In this document: positions 1 to 11,860 of the stretch, piece after piece | Layout of the letters: each line of letters begins with the position of its first letter | How positions within the stretch are numbered: position 1 is the stretch's first letter | Assembly: GCF_006345805.1 (NCBI RefSeq) | Contig: NC_042998.1 | Coordinates: 177,258,001-177,322,000 of the forward strand | Length of the DNA stretch: 64,000 nucleotides | Direction of reading: 5' to 3' | Source: Octopus sinensis | Taxonomy: Eukaryota | Notes under the pieces: generated by a model | Seen by the model: only the letters and a program-made list of their open reading frames with translations | What the model was told of the DNA's origin: nothing | Databases searched by the model: none | Made by a program: the position numbers and the translations under genes

Positions 1-76
1 ATCAACCCCGGAATTTGAACTCAGAACGTAATGACGGATACCCGGCGTGCTAACGATTCTGCCAGCTCGCCGCCCT
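1..76 (-). mobile_element. SINE family A head (window-truncated)
   Basis: Reverse complement matches the head GGCGGCGAGCTGGCAGAA..CGTTAGCACGCCGGG..GAGTTCAAATTCC seen in ~20 copies in the window. Confidence 0.85.
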
Positions 77-366
77 AGGAATGACAAAAATATTAAAATC
101 TTTTCTAGTAGATGGAGGAGGGTGTAGTACTACGGAATGGGGCGATTAGGCGCAGCTGCTTGGACATTAAACACGGCTGGCATGACATTCAGCCCTTTTG
201 CCGACAGTTGTTTTTAACTCTAGGGGTAAACACATTCACAGGTGCACACCAAAATATATACATCCAGAGTGAATGAATGAGAGAGACAGACAGACAGAGG
301 CAGGAATTACAATTTGTTAATTGAACACTATTGATATAAACACACACACACACACACTTTCTCTCT

Positions 367-414
<48 letters not shown>

Positions 415-900
415 CTCATACACATAGAGAAATATGCTCAAATGCATAAACATAGAGAAAGAGAGAGGAGCGAGCGGGGGGAAGTAATGGAGAAAGGGGA
501 CGAAGTAAACATTAAAATGCTTGATGTCAAATAAATCTGCGTCGAATCAACGACGCCAAATTCACGACGCCATAACAGCTATGCCAAAACATCTCATAAC
601 CCTAACTAATACATTTCAAACGTATCCACCTTTGTCATCATCAGGTGGTGGTGTATTTTATGTCTAATAATAATAATTTAATTGAACTAGGATTGAAATA
701 AGCTCTCATCCACGAGGCATTTGATGACGATTTGGCTATTAAGCAGTCACTGATTGGACCGAATGTCCTTTCTGTGTTGATATTTCTTATTTTGAAAAAA
801 AAAAAAGCGTTTGTGTGAATTATGTATGAGCAGCTAACATCGTTCACACGCACACACACCTGTGTGTGGAGGGGGCGTGGTAAGGTGTGTACAAGTACGC

Positions 901-1040
901 AGGTATTCCTTCAGATATATTTGCATACGTTTAGTTCTATTCTTAACTTCACCCCCCTGATGGCCAGATGCAACGCAGATAAACACCCACGCACTAGCAC
1001 ATACCGCGCACGTACTGACACAGACATGTGTATGTGCGCG
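901..1040 (+). repeat. Unclassified ~140-nt dispersed repeat, copy 1
   Basis: Near-identical reverse complement at 6941-7080. Confidence 0.85.
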
Positions 1041-1064
1041 TTTGTGTGGGGTGGGGGAGACAGG

Positions 1065-1066
1065 GA

Positions 1067-1130
<64 letters not shown>
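1065..1130. repeat. (GAAA)n microsatellite
   Basis: Direct inspection; explains the K/E/R-rich and F/L/S-rich ORFs at 822-1505. Confidence 0.95.
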
Positions 1131-1350
1131 GAAGTAGGGAGAACGGAGGAAGGAAGGAAGGAAAAAAAGAAAATAACGAAAGGAAGAAAAAGAACGAAAG
1201 AAAGAAAGAATGAAAAAAGAGAAACAAAGAAACAAAGAAAGAAAGGAAAAAGTTATATATTCATAAATTCATATAAACCTCCCACACACACACATCTCTC
1301 TCTTTCTCTTTCTCTCTCTTTCTCTCCCTCTCTCTTTCTATCTCTCTCTC

Positions 1351-1397
<47 letters not shown>

Positions 1398-1553
1398 CAT
1401 ATAAACACACACATACAAATTGTACATGTATGTATGTCCGTTTATGTGTGTGTCTATGTGTGTGTGTGTGCGTGGTGTGGTGTGTGTATGTGTATATGTG
1501 TGTGAGTATATGTGTGTGTGCGTGTGTGTGTAACTAAGCGAATACCTGCTTAC

Positions 1554-1631
1554 CTGTACGACCAGACATGGTAATAAATGCATATATGATCAAAAGATTT
1601 CACCGATGCAATTCAAGACATTTGGATACAC
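1554..1631 (-). CDS. Candidate exon of host gene containing the stop (phase-1 entry: S-V-S-K-C-L-E-L-H-R-stop) followed by a 3'UTR intron
   Basis: Acceptor aatttccag| and donor CAG|gtaagc on minus strand, 78 nt, phase matches the exon at 5527-5685. Confidence 0.35.
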
Positions 1632-1762
1632 CTGGAAATTGTCACAGCGTATAAAAGTGATTCTTTAGAATTGGGTTTTTGTTATTTCTACCCGATAACC
1701 CCAAGTACTGAATTTACCTTGCAATCAGCTGTCGTTATGATCTTTCTTTAAATTGCTTCAGG

Positions 1763-2030
1763 CATTGGACTACGGCCATGCTGGAGTAGCACCTTGAAGC
1801 GTATTTGTCGGATAGATTGACCCCCAGTAGTTATCTTCGATTTTTTTCCTGTTTTTTTTTTGTTTTTTGAAAGTCTGGCACTTATTCTATCGGTATCTAT
1901 TTGCCGAACCGCTAAGTTACAGGTACGTAAACAAAGCAACAGCGGTATTAAAGAGGTGGAGAGAACAAACACAGAGACAAAGACGCACACACGCACGCGC
2001 GCACATACACACACACACACACATAAACAC
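1763..2030 (-). mobile_element. SINE family B 3' part, diverged
   Basis: Matches tail motifs (ggccatgctggag..ccttgaag; gccgaaccgctaagttac) of full copies such as 11861-12245. Confidence 0.8.
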
Positions 2031-2140
2031 GCACACATATGTGTACACAAACACAAATACATACACCACACATAAACATAAACGCGTGCACGCGCGCACA
2101 CACACACACACACATACATGCACACATATATATGTGTTAT

Positions 2141-2372
2141 AGGCGGTGAACTGGCAGAAACGTTGGCACGCCGGGCGAAATGCATAGCCGTATTTCGTCT
2201 GTCGTTACGTTCCGGGTTCAAATTCCGCCGAGGTCGACTTTGCCTTTCATCCTTTCGGGGTCGATAAATTAAGTACCAGTTACGCACTAGGGTCGATGTA
2301 AACGACTTAATCCGTTTGTCTGTCCTTGTTTGTCCCATCTGTGTTTAGCCCCTTGAGGGTAGTAAAGAAATA
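2141..2372 (+). mobile_element. SINE family A, full length, with TSD
   Basis: tRNA-like A/B boxes, core gcctttcatcctttcggggtcgataaattaagtaccag, tail ..gggtagtaaagaaata; 17-bp TSD atatatatgtgttatag at 2126-2142 and 2374-2390. Confidence 0.92.
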
Positions 2373-2627
2373 TATATATATGTGTTATAGGTTTTTAGTT
2401 AAAATCCTTGGTAAATCCAGGCAGTATTTTGGCAGTATTCCGAATGATGTATTCATATTGTAAATGGGTAAATAGAACGAGAAATTATGATGGACATAAA
2501 TGCGTTTTGTGAGTGGGTGTATGAGAAAGTGAGAGAAGAAAGAGAGAAAGCGAGATAGTAGAAAGGAATAAAGGAATAAAACAGTGGTAAAAAGGGTAAA
2601 AAATAAAAATAAAAACGAAAAATTTAA

Positions 2628-2683
<56 letters not shown>

Positions 2684-2691
2684 GAAAAGTT

Positions 2692-2807
2692 GTGGAGGCG
2701 CATGGCTTAGTGGTTAGGGCGTAGCATCATGATCGTAAGATTGTGGTTTCGATTCCTGGACCGGGCGATGCGTTATGTTCTTGAGCAAAACACTTTGTTT
2801 CACGTTG
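2692..2807 (+). mobile_element. SINE family D head (tRNA-Arg-like; resembles octopus OR-type SINEs)
   Basis: gtggaggcgcatggcttagtggttagg..ggtttcgattcctggaccgggcg; matches 53081-53332 reverse complement; preceded by (AAT)n. Confidence 0.8.
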
Positions 2808-2817
2808 ATACTTCACC

Positions 2818-3380
2818 ATGCCCTGATGCAGTACCAGGCAGTGGCTCTCGTGGCTTCTGATCTTAACTGATTGAAAGTGCTATCATGTACATTGTTTTGT
2901 CTTGGTATAAAAGATGGGCTACAGCAAATATTCTGCTCAATACCACAGATTTGCTTGTCAGTTGTTTGACCTTAACCAGTTGAGCATGTCCCTTAGTGGC
3001 TGATGATATGCGCATCTCTGATTACGAGCAGAAGTAGTGGGGGAACATCATAGCCATGTGTTGAGAGGAATTCTTTGGGGTTTGGATAATTCACCTTTGG
3101 AAACATGGGTGTTTCGTTCATCATCCTTTAACAAACCTTCTTCAGGGACCTTTTGAGCGGCATGGGCTACTCAACCTGAAGAAAATTCTAACTGGGCCCC
3201 ACCTGCAAGGTCATGCGCTGTTTATCGTGATATAAGATCACCTTGTCGCGCACATATGGTTGTGATGCATGTGCTTGGTGTACCCTTATCAGACACGTAG
3301 TCATGATGGGTATACTGGGCTTCGTATATTTTACCCCAGTATCACTCTGATGGCATGCACTGCTCTCTCACTCAATAAAA
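2818..3380 (+). mobile_element. ~560-nt LINE 3'UTR-like repeat, copy 1
   Basis: Colinear with 40673-41222 from atgccctga to ctctcactcaataa; A/TAA-rich 3' end. Confidence 0.75.
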
Positions 3381-3639
3381 GAAAAAGTTATGATAGATCT
3401 ATCATAAATGAGTTTTGTGAGTGAGCGTATATGGGAGAGAGGAGAAAGGGAATAAAAATAAAATAAGATAGAGGTAACAGAGTAAAAAATAAAATGAATA
3501 AATAAAAGTAAAATAACGATATAGATATGTCAGTATTGTATGGGGGTTAGAGGTTAAACGTTAAAGTTACAGTAGAGTTGGGGCGGAAGGCTAATCTTGC
3601 TACGGTTATAAGGACAATAGTTTAGAGAAAACCTGGGGT

Positions 3640-4060
3640 TTTAACTAAAACCCTAAACCTTCGTGGATGTACCAAGGAAATACTGACCAACATCCATATT
3701 CCCTAGAAAAAGACGAGCCGCGAACATTATTCTTCTGCCTATGTTCCTCAAACTACTTTTACTCTTTATTTTTCTATTTTATTCCCTATAAACTATGAAT
3801 TTTCTTCCTTGTAAACTGTAAATTTTCACTGTCTAAAATATTCATACCTTGTCTCTGATGACGGCATACCCAATGCACGGACATGCGAGCCTACCACTTG
3901 GGTTATCTCAGAAACGGCTGTATTCACCTTACCCCAATTAAATTCACCTTATCCTTATTAAATTATTCTAAGTGACTTGAGGTACTCGTTCTGCCTTGTT
4001 TTTGATTTTTCCTCTAATATAATATATACCTGTTATAACGGAACCCTAACACGGGTCCCT
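3640..4060 (+). mobile_element. Penelope-like terminal fragment with degenerate hammerhead-like motif
   Basis: CTGATGA at 3855-3861, acccaa/ttgggt stem, GAAAC-GGCT-GT-A at 3911-3922; class assignment is inference. Confidence 0.35.
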
Positions 4061-4194
4061 AGATTCAGCTTCAGCTGTCATCTTGGAACCTAATGGTCGA
4101 CCACGTATAGCACTTGACTGGCGTACCTATTCGTTTTAGATCACAAGTGAACTAAACCCCCTCATATTCTTTATATATATATGTATATATATAT

Positions 4195-4655
4195 ATATTC
4201 TTTTATTTGTTTCAGTAATTTGACTGCAACCATACTGGAGCACAGCCTTGAAGGGGTTTTTAGTCGAACAAATTGACCCCAGGACATATTCTTTGTAAGC
4301 CAAATACTTATTGTATCGGTCTTTTTTGCCGAACCGTTAAGTTACGGGGACGTAAACACACCAATGTCGATTGTCAGGCGGTGATGGGGGAACAAACATA
4401 GACACAAAAACACACACATATAGATATATACCTACATATAATACACACACATACACACACACGTATATATATATATGTATGTTATGTATGTATGTATGTA
4501 TGTATGTATTTACGACGGACTTCTTTCAGTTTCCGTCTACAAAATTCACTCACAAGGCTTTGGTTGGCCCGAGGGTAGTAAAACACACTTGCCCAAGGTT
4601 CCACGCAGTGGAACTGAACCCGGCACCGTGCGGTTGAAAAGCGAGCTTCTTACCA
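4195..4655 (-). mobile_element. SINE family B (tRNA head, internal TA/TG microsatellite; resembles octopus OK-type)
   Basis: Colinear with 44829-45255. Confidence 0.88.
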
Positions 4656-4752
4656 AAAGAATGAGCAATGTCCGTGCATCGTGCGTGAATTTTCCGTTTG
4701 TTCCTTTGTTGCGTCTCTGTTCAAATTTTGGAACTTTACATATATATATAAG

Positions 4753-4953
4753 GAGAGTTTACGAAAAAAACAAAAGACGAAGACAGGTGGTGTACAAAAC
4801 AAAACACATGTATTAGTATAACGCTCAGGAAGAAAAAGAAAAAAGTTATTTTACGTTTCGAGCCTACGCTCTCCAACAGATAGGGACACAGAAAATACAA
4901 GGAGAGAAACAAGGAGAGAAAAAAAATGTGTGTAGTGGCTAACGATCTATCAT

Positions 4954-4956
<3 letters not shown>
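4753..4956 (-). mobile_element. Repeat family H2 (Penelope pLTR-like, minimal hammerhead-like motif), copy 1
   Basis: Homologous to 25682-25890, 46521-46700, 63061-63240; flanked by (TA)n. Confidence 0.75.
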
Positions 4957-5019
<63 letters not shown>

Positions 5020-5526
5020 ACGGGCTTGCACATAGTTTTCTTTTTACCAAATTCACTCTCAAGGCATTGATTGGTTAGGGACTATAGAAGAAGACGTCTG
5101 TGTAAGGTGCCGAACAGTAGGACTGAACCCGAAACCTAAGCGAGTTAAGCAAGCTTCTTTACCACTCAGTTATTTGCATATTAAATGAAGAACTGACAAA
5201 GCATTTGACATAGTATTTGATAACTCGATAATCGTGGATAGATTCTTGCCGGAGTAGTACTGGTATAGCAAACCTACAATCCAACCCAGCTGACATGTCT
5301 CACACTAAATGTAGTTAATTCCTAACGAGAGAGCAGAATAGTAAACGCATTACTTAATGCAGTGATTTGCCGGAAATGTTAAAGCGTCGGAAAAAATTTC
5401 TTGCCGAAGTCATCTTTGCCTTTATTCCTTCAGGGTCAATAAAATAAATACGAGTCAATGTAATCGACTACTCCCCTCTGAAATTACTGGCATTGTGCCT
5501 AAATTAGAAACACTTATATCACTTAC

Positions 5527-5685
5527 TTTTCAAAGATTTCGCAATTTCCTTTAAGCTTTCCAGTTGCGATGTCGCCATAGCTCTCATTTCGTCATTTGTT
5601 GATAACTGGGCCGCCTTGATAGCTAAGAAGGCGCTCATTTCTTCCGTTAAATCATCCAAGTTGACCTTTTCTTTATCGAACTCAG
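5527..5685 (-). CDS. Candidate internal coding exon, 53 codons (xEFDKEKVNLDDLTEEMSAFLAIKAAQLSTNDEMRAMATSQLESLKEIAKSLK), helical/coiled-coil-like, product unknown
   Basis: Acceptor atatttcag|, perfect donor AAAA|gtaagt, 159 nt symmetric phase 1-1, open frame, non-repetitive sequence. Confidence 0.7.
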
Positions 5686-5786
5686 CTGAAATATATAATT
5701 CGTACAGAATTAGTTTCCAATGAAGATTACTGGTTGACGCTTTTATTAAGGCAAAAGAAGTAATAACAATATTTTGTTTCGCAAAC

Positions 5787-5999
5787 AAGGCGGCGAGCTG
5801 GCAGAATCGTTAGCACGCCTGGCGAAGTGCTTAGCGGTATTTCGTCCGTCTTTTACGATCTGAGTTCCTTTTCCACCGACGTTGACTTTGCTTTTCATCC
5901 TTTCGGAGTCGATAAAATAAGTGTCAGTTAAACACTGAGGTCGATGTTAAAGAATTACTCCCTCTCCGAAATTTCGGGCATTATGCCAAAATTTGAAAC
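5787..5999 (+). mobile_element. SINE family A (second tail type) with TSD
   Basis: Head/core match; tail aatttcgggcattatgccaaaatttgaaac; TSD caatattttgtttc at 5767-5780 and 6000-6013. Confidence 0.85.
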
Positions 6000-6319
6000 C
6001 AATATTTTGTTTCATTATAAAGTTTTGGAAGCAAAAGTTGAATCAATCTAAGGTAATTCTTTCTGTGCCGTAATGTTCTCTACGACTTGCACTCGGCTCC
6101 AAATTCAGTAGCCACAAGTGTATACTTGGTAAACATCTTTATTGCAAGCAGGATTATTACAATTTCTCCTGTTGACAGAATTAAATTTAGTATTGCTAGA
6201 CAAAGTTTTGTGCAAATTAGTTTCCATTTCGTTATACAAACATTCAATTTAGAATCTTTTGCTAAATATTCTGTAAATAGATAGGAAGAAAGAGAGAGAT
6301 GTATGTATATAAGGATAGA

Positions 6320-6336
6320 TAGGTAGATAGATAGAT

Positions 6337-6386
<50 letters not shown>

Positions 6387-6418
6387 GGATAGACAGACAG
6401 TTAGATAGATAGATAGAT

Positions 6419-6457
<39 letters not shown>

Positions 6458-6476
6458 GATAGACAGACACACTGAC

Positions 6477-6528
<52 letters not shown>

Positions 6529-6575
6529 GATAGATAGACAGACAGACTGACAGATAGATAGAAGATAGATAGATA

Positions 6576-6609
<34 letters not shown>

Positions 6610-6612
6610 TAA
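6320..6612. repeat. (GATA)n/(GACA)n compound microsatellite
   Basis: Direct inspection. Confidence 0.95.
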
Positions 6613-6618
6613 TAGATA

Positions 6619-6665
<47 letters not shown>

Positions 6666-6690
6666 CACACACACACACACACATATATAT

Positions 6691-6741
<51 letters not shown>

Positions 6742-6940
6742 TATATATATATTTTTCTTTTTTCTAGTTTTAGCTCAGAGCTGCGGCCATGCTGATGCAC
6801 CGCCGTTGTGCATCAGCATGGCCGCAGCTGGTTATATGTTTGTATGGCCGCATATAGTTATATGTTTGTAAGTGTGCATGTATGTATTTCTTTGTGTGTG
6901 TGTTTGTGTTTGTTCGCTTGGTTTATGTCCTTATAATCTA

Positions 6941-7080
6941 GCGCGCATACACATGTCTGTGTCAGTACGTGCGCGGTATGTGCTAGTGCGTGGGTGTTCA
7001 TATGCGTTGCATCTGGCTATCAGGAGGTGAAGTTAAGAACAGAACTAAACGTATGCAAATATATTTGAAGGGATACCTAT
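6941..7080 (-). repeat. Unclassified ~140-nt dispersed repeat, copy 2 (inverted relative to 901-1040)
   Basis: Reverse-complement alignment by eye; abuts a SINE A tail. Confidence 0.85.
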
Positions 7081-7293
7081 TTCTTTATTACCCACAAGGG
7101 GCTAAACACAGAGGGGACAAACAAGGACAGACATAGGTATTAAGTCGATTACATCGACCCCAGTGCGTAACTGGTACTTAATTTATCGACCCCGAAAGGA
7201 TGAAAGGCAAAGTCGACCTCGGCGGAATTTGAACTCACAACGTAACGCAGACGAAATACGGTATTTGAACTCACAACGTAACGCAGACGAAAT
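7081..7293 (-). mobile_element. SINE family A, 5'-truncated, with short internal duplication
   Basis: Core and tail match; gaactcacaacgtaacgcagacgaaat is repeated twice. Confidence 0.85.
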
Positions 7294-7957
7294 GGGTATT
7301 AGCGCGCGTCTACGATGGGTCAACGATTTAAAAAAAAATTTACCATAATTTTTTTCCATTTTGATGCATTTTTTTCGCTATTATATAAGGGAAGTAACTC
7401 TCTAAAAATGTCTACGATGACTCAACGATTTTAAAAAAAATTTACCATCATTTTTTTCCATTTTTAATGCATTTTTTGCTATTTTTTTGGCTATAACTCT
7501 CTAAAAATGCTTATATAGTTATTTCCCTTACAAACCCGAGCAACGCCGGGCGATACTGCTAGTTATATATAAAAGTGAAGTTGTGTGTCTGTTTCCTACG
7601 ATTTAGATTCCTAACTACTCCCACATTTTGCGGTGCAGTTTAACCAAAACCGGGTATCTTAGAATCGTGATTCATATCGAGCCCTTCTGGGTATTAGCGC
7701 ACGTCTACGATGAGTCTACGATTTAAAAAAAAATTTACCATCCTTTTTTTCCATTTTAATGCATTTTTTCGCTATTATATAAGGGAAGTAACTCTCTAAA
7801 AATGTCTACGATGACTCAACGATTTTTAAAAAAATTTACCATCATTTTTTTCCATTTTTAATGCATTTTTTGCTATTTTTTTGGCTATGACTCTCTAAAA
7901 ATGCTTATATAGTTATTTCCCTTACAAACCCGAGCAACGCCGGGCGATACTGCTAGT
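7294..7957 (+). mobile_element. Non-autonomous Helitron-like element, 1.7 tandem copies (394-nt unit)
   Basis: Each copy ends in hairpin cccgagcaacgccggg + CTAG-T (7559-7563, 7953-7957); second copy starts tatatataaaagtgaagttgtgtgtctg; internal ~110-nt subrepeat. Confidence 0.75.
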
Positions 7958-7971
7958 CTATTATAAACCCT

Positions 7972-8135
7972 AACTTTCTTACTTTTCAGTGATTCCAGCT
8001 TCCGTTGCAGTCGATGTTCTTCATCCTTGAGTTCTTGTTTTCTCTTTCTAAATTGTTTTATATATTTGACGAAAATGTCCTTTTCATTATTCAAATTGTT
8101 CAATTTATTTTCCAATGCAGTAATAACTTCTAAAA
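7972..8135 (-). pseudogene. Coiled-coil ORF fragment (ENKLNNLNNEKDIFVKYIKQFRKRKQELKDEEHRLQRKLESLKSKKV), possibly N-terminus of a Penelope-like ORF
   Basis: Directly downstream of an H1-family repeat copy; a second diverged copy lies at 9022-9110; identity is inference. Confidence 0.35.
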
Positions 8136-8156
8136 ACGTAAAATAAAAATTAAATA

Positions 8157-8410
8157 TAATAGAAATATTAAAATTACTAAGTCTCTCTAAAGGAGATTAC
8201 GACAGCATTACTGGAAATTAATAGTTATCGCCATACTAATATGACAGTCTTATAAATATAAGACTAAAGCTGTCGCTGATTAGCTCCATGAGGCCATCGC
8301 CTTAAGCTAGCTATTTGACACACAAACTGCGTCCATTTTAAACCTTCGAACAAGGGAGGTCTGCCGCTTCATCCTGCCAGTCAGACAGCTACAGACGACG
8401 TTTCAGGGTT
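8157..8410 (-). mobile_element. Diverged solo copy of repeat family H1 (the unit of the 47-49.6 kb array), hammerhead truncated
   Basis: Shares aatagaaatattaaaattactaagtctctctaaa..atagttatcgccatactaatatg..ccatgaggccatcgccttaag..accttcgaacaagggaggt..cagctacagacg. Confidence 0.85.
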
Positions 8411-8678
8411 ATTATTAGTAAATAGCGTTTTTCTGCTGGAATGGGTAAAGAATAGAATGGAATGTTCTAGTAACTACATGATTAGAATATCGGTCCAGGA
8501 TTCCCAAATGAAGCCAAATTCTGATATTTGCGACCCCTGGTCCTTTCACTAAACCACGTGCGTTACATGGGAGTGACCGTGTGGTTAAGAAGCTTGTGTG
8601 TATATGTGTATATGTGTACGTGCGCGCGCACGTACACATGCACACACATACACACACACACATGCACACACACACACA

Positions 8679-8719
<41 letters not shown>

Positions 8720-8839
8720 GTACGCACACACACAGGCATACACACACACACACAGAAGGCAGAAAATATTTGTAACAATCCTTGCGGGATAGCTGTGCTA
8801 ATATCGGTTTCATATTTTGGTACAAAGACGGCCATTTTA

Positions 8840-9020
8840 ATGGATCGAGCAAGTCGATTTCATCGACTACAGGACTCAACCGGTACCTATTTTATCAACC
8901 CTGAAGCGAGGAAAGGCGAAGTCGATTCAGCGGAATTTGAACTCAGAAGATAAAGAACCGGAAGAAATGCCCTAAATCATTTTGTCCGATGTGCTAACGA
9001 TTCCGCCAAATCACCGCCTT
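8840..9020 (-). mobile_element. SINE family A, diverged
   Basis: Degenerate core and head. Confidence 0.7.
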
Positions 9021-9794
9021 CAGCTTTTAGTTCTTGCTTTCTTTTTTCCTTTTTTGACGATGATATCCTTTTCATTATTCAAATTGCTCAGCTTGTATTC
9101 CAATCCAACAATGAAAATATAGCTCTTTAAGGATGGAGTATTGACTGAATCTGTAGAGCATCCAATATAATAGTTTGTGGTGTTTATTTGCATTACTTTA
9201 TACCATGTTGTTTTACGTTACGTTGCTTTATGTATTGGTTGAATTTCCTACCTCTGAGATCGATAAAATAAATAACCCAAAAAGTATCAGGGTTGCTACA
9301 ATCGATTCAAACACTTGAAAGTGGTGACCCGCTCATAACTGTAACCTGATGACTGAAACTCGTAAAAGAATGATAACAGAAAGAGTTTATCATGGAAAGG
9401 AAACTGGTTTTATCAAAAAAACTGCATTAACTGTAAATGGTTTCGTGCTTAGCACATGACCTAATGGATTACGAAAAGCAAGTGTTTATAAGAAATATAT
9501 GATAGTTCTACTAGAAGCTGCTTAAATGTTCTGTTTAGAAGACAAAAGCGATTAAATCTAAATTCAAAATTAACAAATACTAAATACTAAAATCAGAACC
9601 GCCAACAGAAAATGTAAGACAATGAGGATTGTTAGTGTAACTTTAGATACGTTAGCTACAGTAACGTCTGTTGCTGGTGCCAATTTTGCGTAATCTCGAG
9701 TTATTTGGGGTGAAATTAACATAAAAGTATTGGCTGAGGAAGAATATGGCACGTAATCAGCCAACCGAAAGATTAAATGTGACCCACAATACTG

Positions 9795-9944
9795 TAGGAC
9801 ATGGTTATATGGTTAAGAAGCTCGCTTTCCAGCCACTTGGTTCCTCGTTCAGTCCCACAGCACGGCACCTTGAGCAAATGTCTTCTGCTATAGCCCCAAT
9901 GCCTTGTGAGTGAATTTGGCAAATAGAAATTTCGTAAAAGCCCG

Positions 9945-9991
<47 letters not shown>

Positions 9992-10735
9992 TGTGTGTTT
10001 GCGTGTGTGTGTGTAAGTGCGTGTGTGTGTGCGCGTGCGCGTCTTTGTTTATCACTCCTACCCTCACCGCTTGATAACACGTGTTAATTCATTTACGCTC
10101 CCATAACTCAGCGGTTCGGTCAAAGAAACCGATAGAATGAGTGACGTACTTTTTTTTTATTTAAAAAGCGTAAGTACTGGGGCCGATTTGCCCGACTAAA
10201 AACCCTTCAAGGCGGTGCCTCCAGCATGACTGCAGCCCAATAATTCATTTACGCTCCCATAACTCAGCGGTTCGGTCAAAGAAACCGATAGAATGAGTGA
10301 CTGTACTTTTTTTTATTTAAAAAGCGTAAGTACTGGGGGCCGATTTGCCCGACTAAAAACCCTTCAAGGCGGTGCCTCCAGCATGACCGCAGCCCAATAA
10401 TTCATTTACGCTCCCATAACTCAGCGGTTCGGTCAAAGAAACCGATAGAATGAGTGACTGTACTTTTTTTTATTTAAAAAGCGTAAGTACTGGGGGCCGA
10501 TTTGCCCGACTAAAAGCCCTTCAAGGCGGTGCCTCCAGCATGACCGCAGCCCAATAATTCATTTACGCTCCCATAACTCAGCGGTTCGGTCAAAGAAACC
10601 GATAGAATGAGTGACGTACTTTTTTTTTTATTTAAAAAGCGTAAATACTGGGGGCCGATTTGCCCGACTAAAAACCCTTCAAGGCGGTGCCCCTCCAGCA
10701 TGGCCGCAGTCCAATGATTGAAAAAAGTATAAAAG
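9795..10735 (+). mobile_element. SINE family B expanded by a 4x internal 156-157-nt tandem repeat
   Basis: Head at ~9795; repeat units start 10085, 10241, 10398, 10555. Confidence 0.88.
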
Positions 10736-11524
10736 ATACACCACAGTATTTCCAAACTGCCCACCTTACAACACTCTCCGACCTGCAATGGTTGATCGTA
10801 CGAAGAACATACAGTGTCACAATCTGAACATGTACTCACTCCAATACAGTCTGTTCTTGCATTCCTATCCACACTGTTTCTGCACACTTTCTCATTCTGG
10901 CGGTGGTCACAGCGGAGACAGACAAACTGATTCGGGCAGAGCGCAATAGTTAATGGTTGTCTTTATTTAATGGTAGTTTGTACTCTAGCGCAGCACTACT
11001 TGTGCTTAAGGTGAGTTCAGTATTTCAGTTATTTATGTGAATACGTCTTTTTTTTTTTTACTTCTTTATTGTGTGTGTGTATATATATGCGTGTTTTGTC
11101 TGTCTGAACTGAGTGTTTTTAGGATGTGCAAACAAGAGATTGATCCTGTATAGCATATAACACCTAGTTCTGCTCGTTAAACACTTTGTCGTAGGAATTA
11201 AGTGCAGCCAAAAACGATCCGATTGCCTGTAGCCTCATAAAGAACGCATTAAACAAATTAGAAAGCAGATTGACGTCTGATATGTCCTGAGAGAGGACTG
11301 AACGGTGTGGCGGTGAGGAGGTAAGTAACTACCAGCGGAACTGAAATACAATTAGAGAGAAAGAGAGGGGGGAGAGAGAGAGAGTGGAAGAGAGAGAGAG
11401 AGAGAGAAGGAGAGAGAAGGAGAGAGAGAGACAGTGAGTGCGAGTGGAGTAGACTGGCTGCGAGAAAATTGATAGTGTAAGTGTGAGTTAACGAGCGAAA
11501 ACGGTAGGAGTTGGGAAGTTGCGC

Positions 11525-11680
11525 GAAGAAGAAGGAGAAGAAGAAGAAGAAGAAGAAGAAGAAGAAGAAGAAGAAGAAGGAGAAGAAGAAGAAGAAGAAG
11601 AAGAAGAAGAAGGAGAAGGAGAAGAAGAAGAAAGAAGAAGAAGAAGAAGAAGAAGAAGGGGAGGGGGAGGAGGGGGAGGA
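11525..11680. repeat. (GAA)n/(GAG)n purine tract
   Basis: Direct inspection; explains poly-K/E and poly-F/S ORFs. Confidence 0.95.
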
Positions 11681-11860
11681 GGGAAATTTTAGTGAAGGAG
11701 GAAATATTGCATGATAAGCTAGAAATGGAAGAGTAATAAAAATTACGAGAGAAAAAGCAAGAGACGAAGAATTAGAGAAAGAGAGAGAGAGAGAGAGAGA
11801 CTGTAATGGACGAATAGGAAGACAGACAGAGATGTAGAAGCAAAAATGAATAGTGATAGA

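Noticed and set aside
9570-9764. ORF with hydrophobic C-terminus (possible GPI/TM terminal exon)
   Set aside because: Expected acceptor reads tttcgg, not AG; T-richness alone can give the hydrophobic tail; a stop here would conflict with the downstream exon at 5527.
10085-10716. CRISPR-like regular repeat (also 42635-43090, 47035-48624, 56278-56595)
   Set aside because: Units repeat in full with no unique spacers, no cas genes, and the context is eukaryotic.
10740-10930. Cys-rich frames after the SINE B tandem
   Set aside because: Short, no conserved cysteine spacing recognised, no splice signals.
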